A stretch of 64,000 nt of DNA, taken from contig RDEW01000047.1 of assembly GCA_011109175.1 (NCBI GenBank), positions 261,304 through 325,303 on the forward strand, written 5' to 3'. The notes below the pieces were generated by a model. The model was not told where the DNA came from, did no database searches, and saw only the letters and a program-made list of their open reading frames with translations. Positions 62,641 through 64,000 of this stretch are shown here, one piece after another. Positions within the stretch are counted from its first letter, which is position 1. Each line of letters starts with the position of its first letter. The stretch is from Dicyema japonicum (Eukaryota > Animalia > Dicyemida). The translations under genes were made by a program, and so were the position numbers.

Positions 62641-63505
62641 AACTATTGAAAATCTTATTCAAGGTTTCAAAAATCACACTGAAGTATCTGGCACATATCT
62701 TCAGAGATGACCCTGTGTTTACGGATTTTTTATGGGGAGACTGTCTGGGTAGAAGTCGGTTGGCATGCCCTATTGTTTCATATTACTTCTCCCATCACTT
62801 AATTTACAGTGCTTTTCTTTATAATAACCCAGAGAAACACTGAGGTCAATGCTAAAAGAAAATCAACCTTCCTCATACTTAATATGCTGTTTGACTTAAT
62901 CTCTTGAACACACCATTGAGCACTCTAACTGCCCATGTGAATAAAAATCTGTTTTTAAACCTGCTATCTTTAAAGATTGTCCATTTGATCAGTAATTTCC
63001 ATTCTAAAACTAAGTTCAGAAACTGTAGACTTTAGAACTTGATGGAATCTCAACTGAAATTAAAGGCGGTAAAATGCACTAAGACAATGCTCCTCGAGAT
63101 AAATAAGTCTTTTATTCAAACACTATACTTGGAGGTTTCCAACTTTGTTATCAAAAAATTTCACTTTACCTCATATGGTCCTACTTATAAAAACTATGTA
63201 TAAAAAAACGATCGCTGGCAAACAAACACACACAGATAAACAAACTTACTTAATTTATATTTTTGACACTATATTTGATTATCATAATTTTGGTGGTTGT
63301 AGGTTTCTCATTACAACAATCGGTGTCGAATTCTTTAGATTGTGTTGCGGAAATCTTGGAATATACAATTCATTTTGATATTGGCATACCACTTCCTGAT
63401 CGACTATAGTATATTTATGTAATGTTTACTGGTATTTTATGTTAAATTATTTTGATTAATTAAATATTTCATCTCAATATTTAAGGGCATATGAATGGTT
63501 TTTTT

Positions 63506-64000
63506 TGGTTGAGGTGGTGACGTCCCTCTTTGAAAATATGTCTTCTTCGCGCTTAATTACCCGTTGCCCATTCTCTCTTGGTACTTTCAACACTCGAGGC
63601 TTGAAGTTCATCACCAAAAAACATCAACTCGCACGTGATTTATCTATCCATGGTGTCAGTATTTGCTGCATTCAAGAGACAAAGATTACAGCATATTCTA
63701 TTACGAAATTGGATGATTACTACATGATCACTTTGGACTCTGACTGCCGACATTATGGTCTTGGATTTGCGGTTCACAGGGATCTTTACGACCGTGTGAC
63801 ACGCGTATGGGCTGTCTCGAATCGTATTGCAGTCATGAAACTGAAGTTTGGAACAAAGCCCAACTCTATAATTTCTATCATCAATGTTTATGCTCCGACC
63901 GCTGTCCGGGCTGATGCCAATCCTGAAGAACTTGGTGCGTTTTACTCATGTTTGACAGGGACATATGACTCACTTTCGTCGTCATATCTGACGTTTATTG
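63506..64000 (+). mobile_element. RTE LINE 5' end with open APE endonuclease ORF (ATG 63538, runs off window)
   Basis: GTFNTRGL..CIQETK..HYGLGFAV..SNRIAV..IINVYAPT..FY. Confidence 0.88.

Overview
AT-rich eukaryotic (animal) genomic DNA, not prokaryotic. About 14 compact protein-coding genes sit as small AT-rich islands separated almost entirely by decayed transposable elements. Recognisable genes: uL30/RPL7-family, UBE2A/RAD6, SPATA7-like, DNAJC11, WASHC4, TAF3, a Snail/Scratch-like zinc finger, DAD1, SPMIP1-like, FERD3L-like bHLH and a ZnT/SLC30A zinc transporter. There is also a putative death-fold/TRADD-like-domain gene and two small orphans. Manual splicing gives roughly 75 introns, nearly all 20-26 nt, with little donor consensus beyond GT. 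These include one GC-AG intron, three GAG acceptors and one possible GT-AT intron. Metazoan transcription factors, motile-cilia genes and tiny introns together suggest a dicyemid-like parasite (inference). TEs include Ingi/Vingi-like LINEs with 2A-like peptides and a candidate HDV-like fold at the 5' end, RTE LINEs, CRE- and R4-like RLE elements, a tRNA-headed SINE with an RTE tail, a MULE and hAT derivatives. Two N gaps (24005-24420, 55726-56289) and many tandem duplications joined by a single n are assembly artefacts. All homology calls come from recalled motifs, not database searches, and TE boundaries are approximate.
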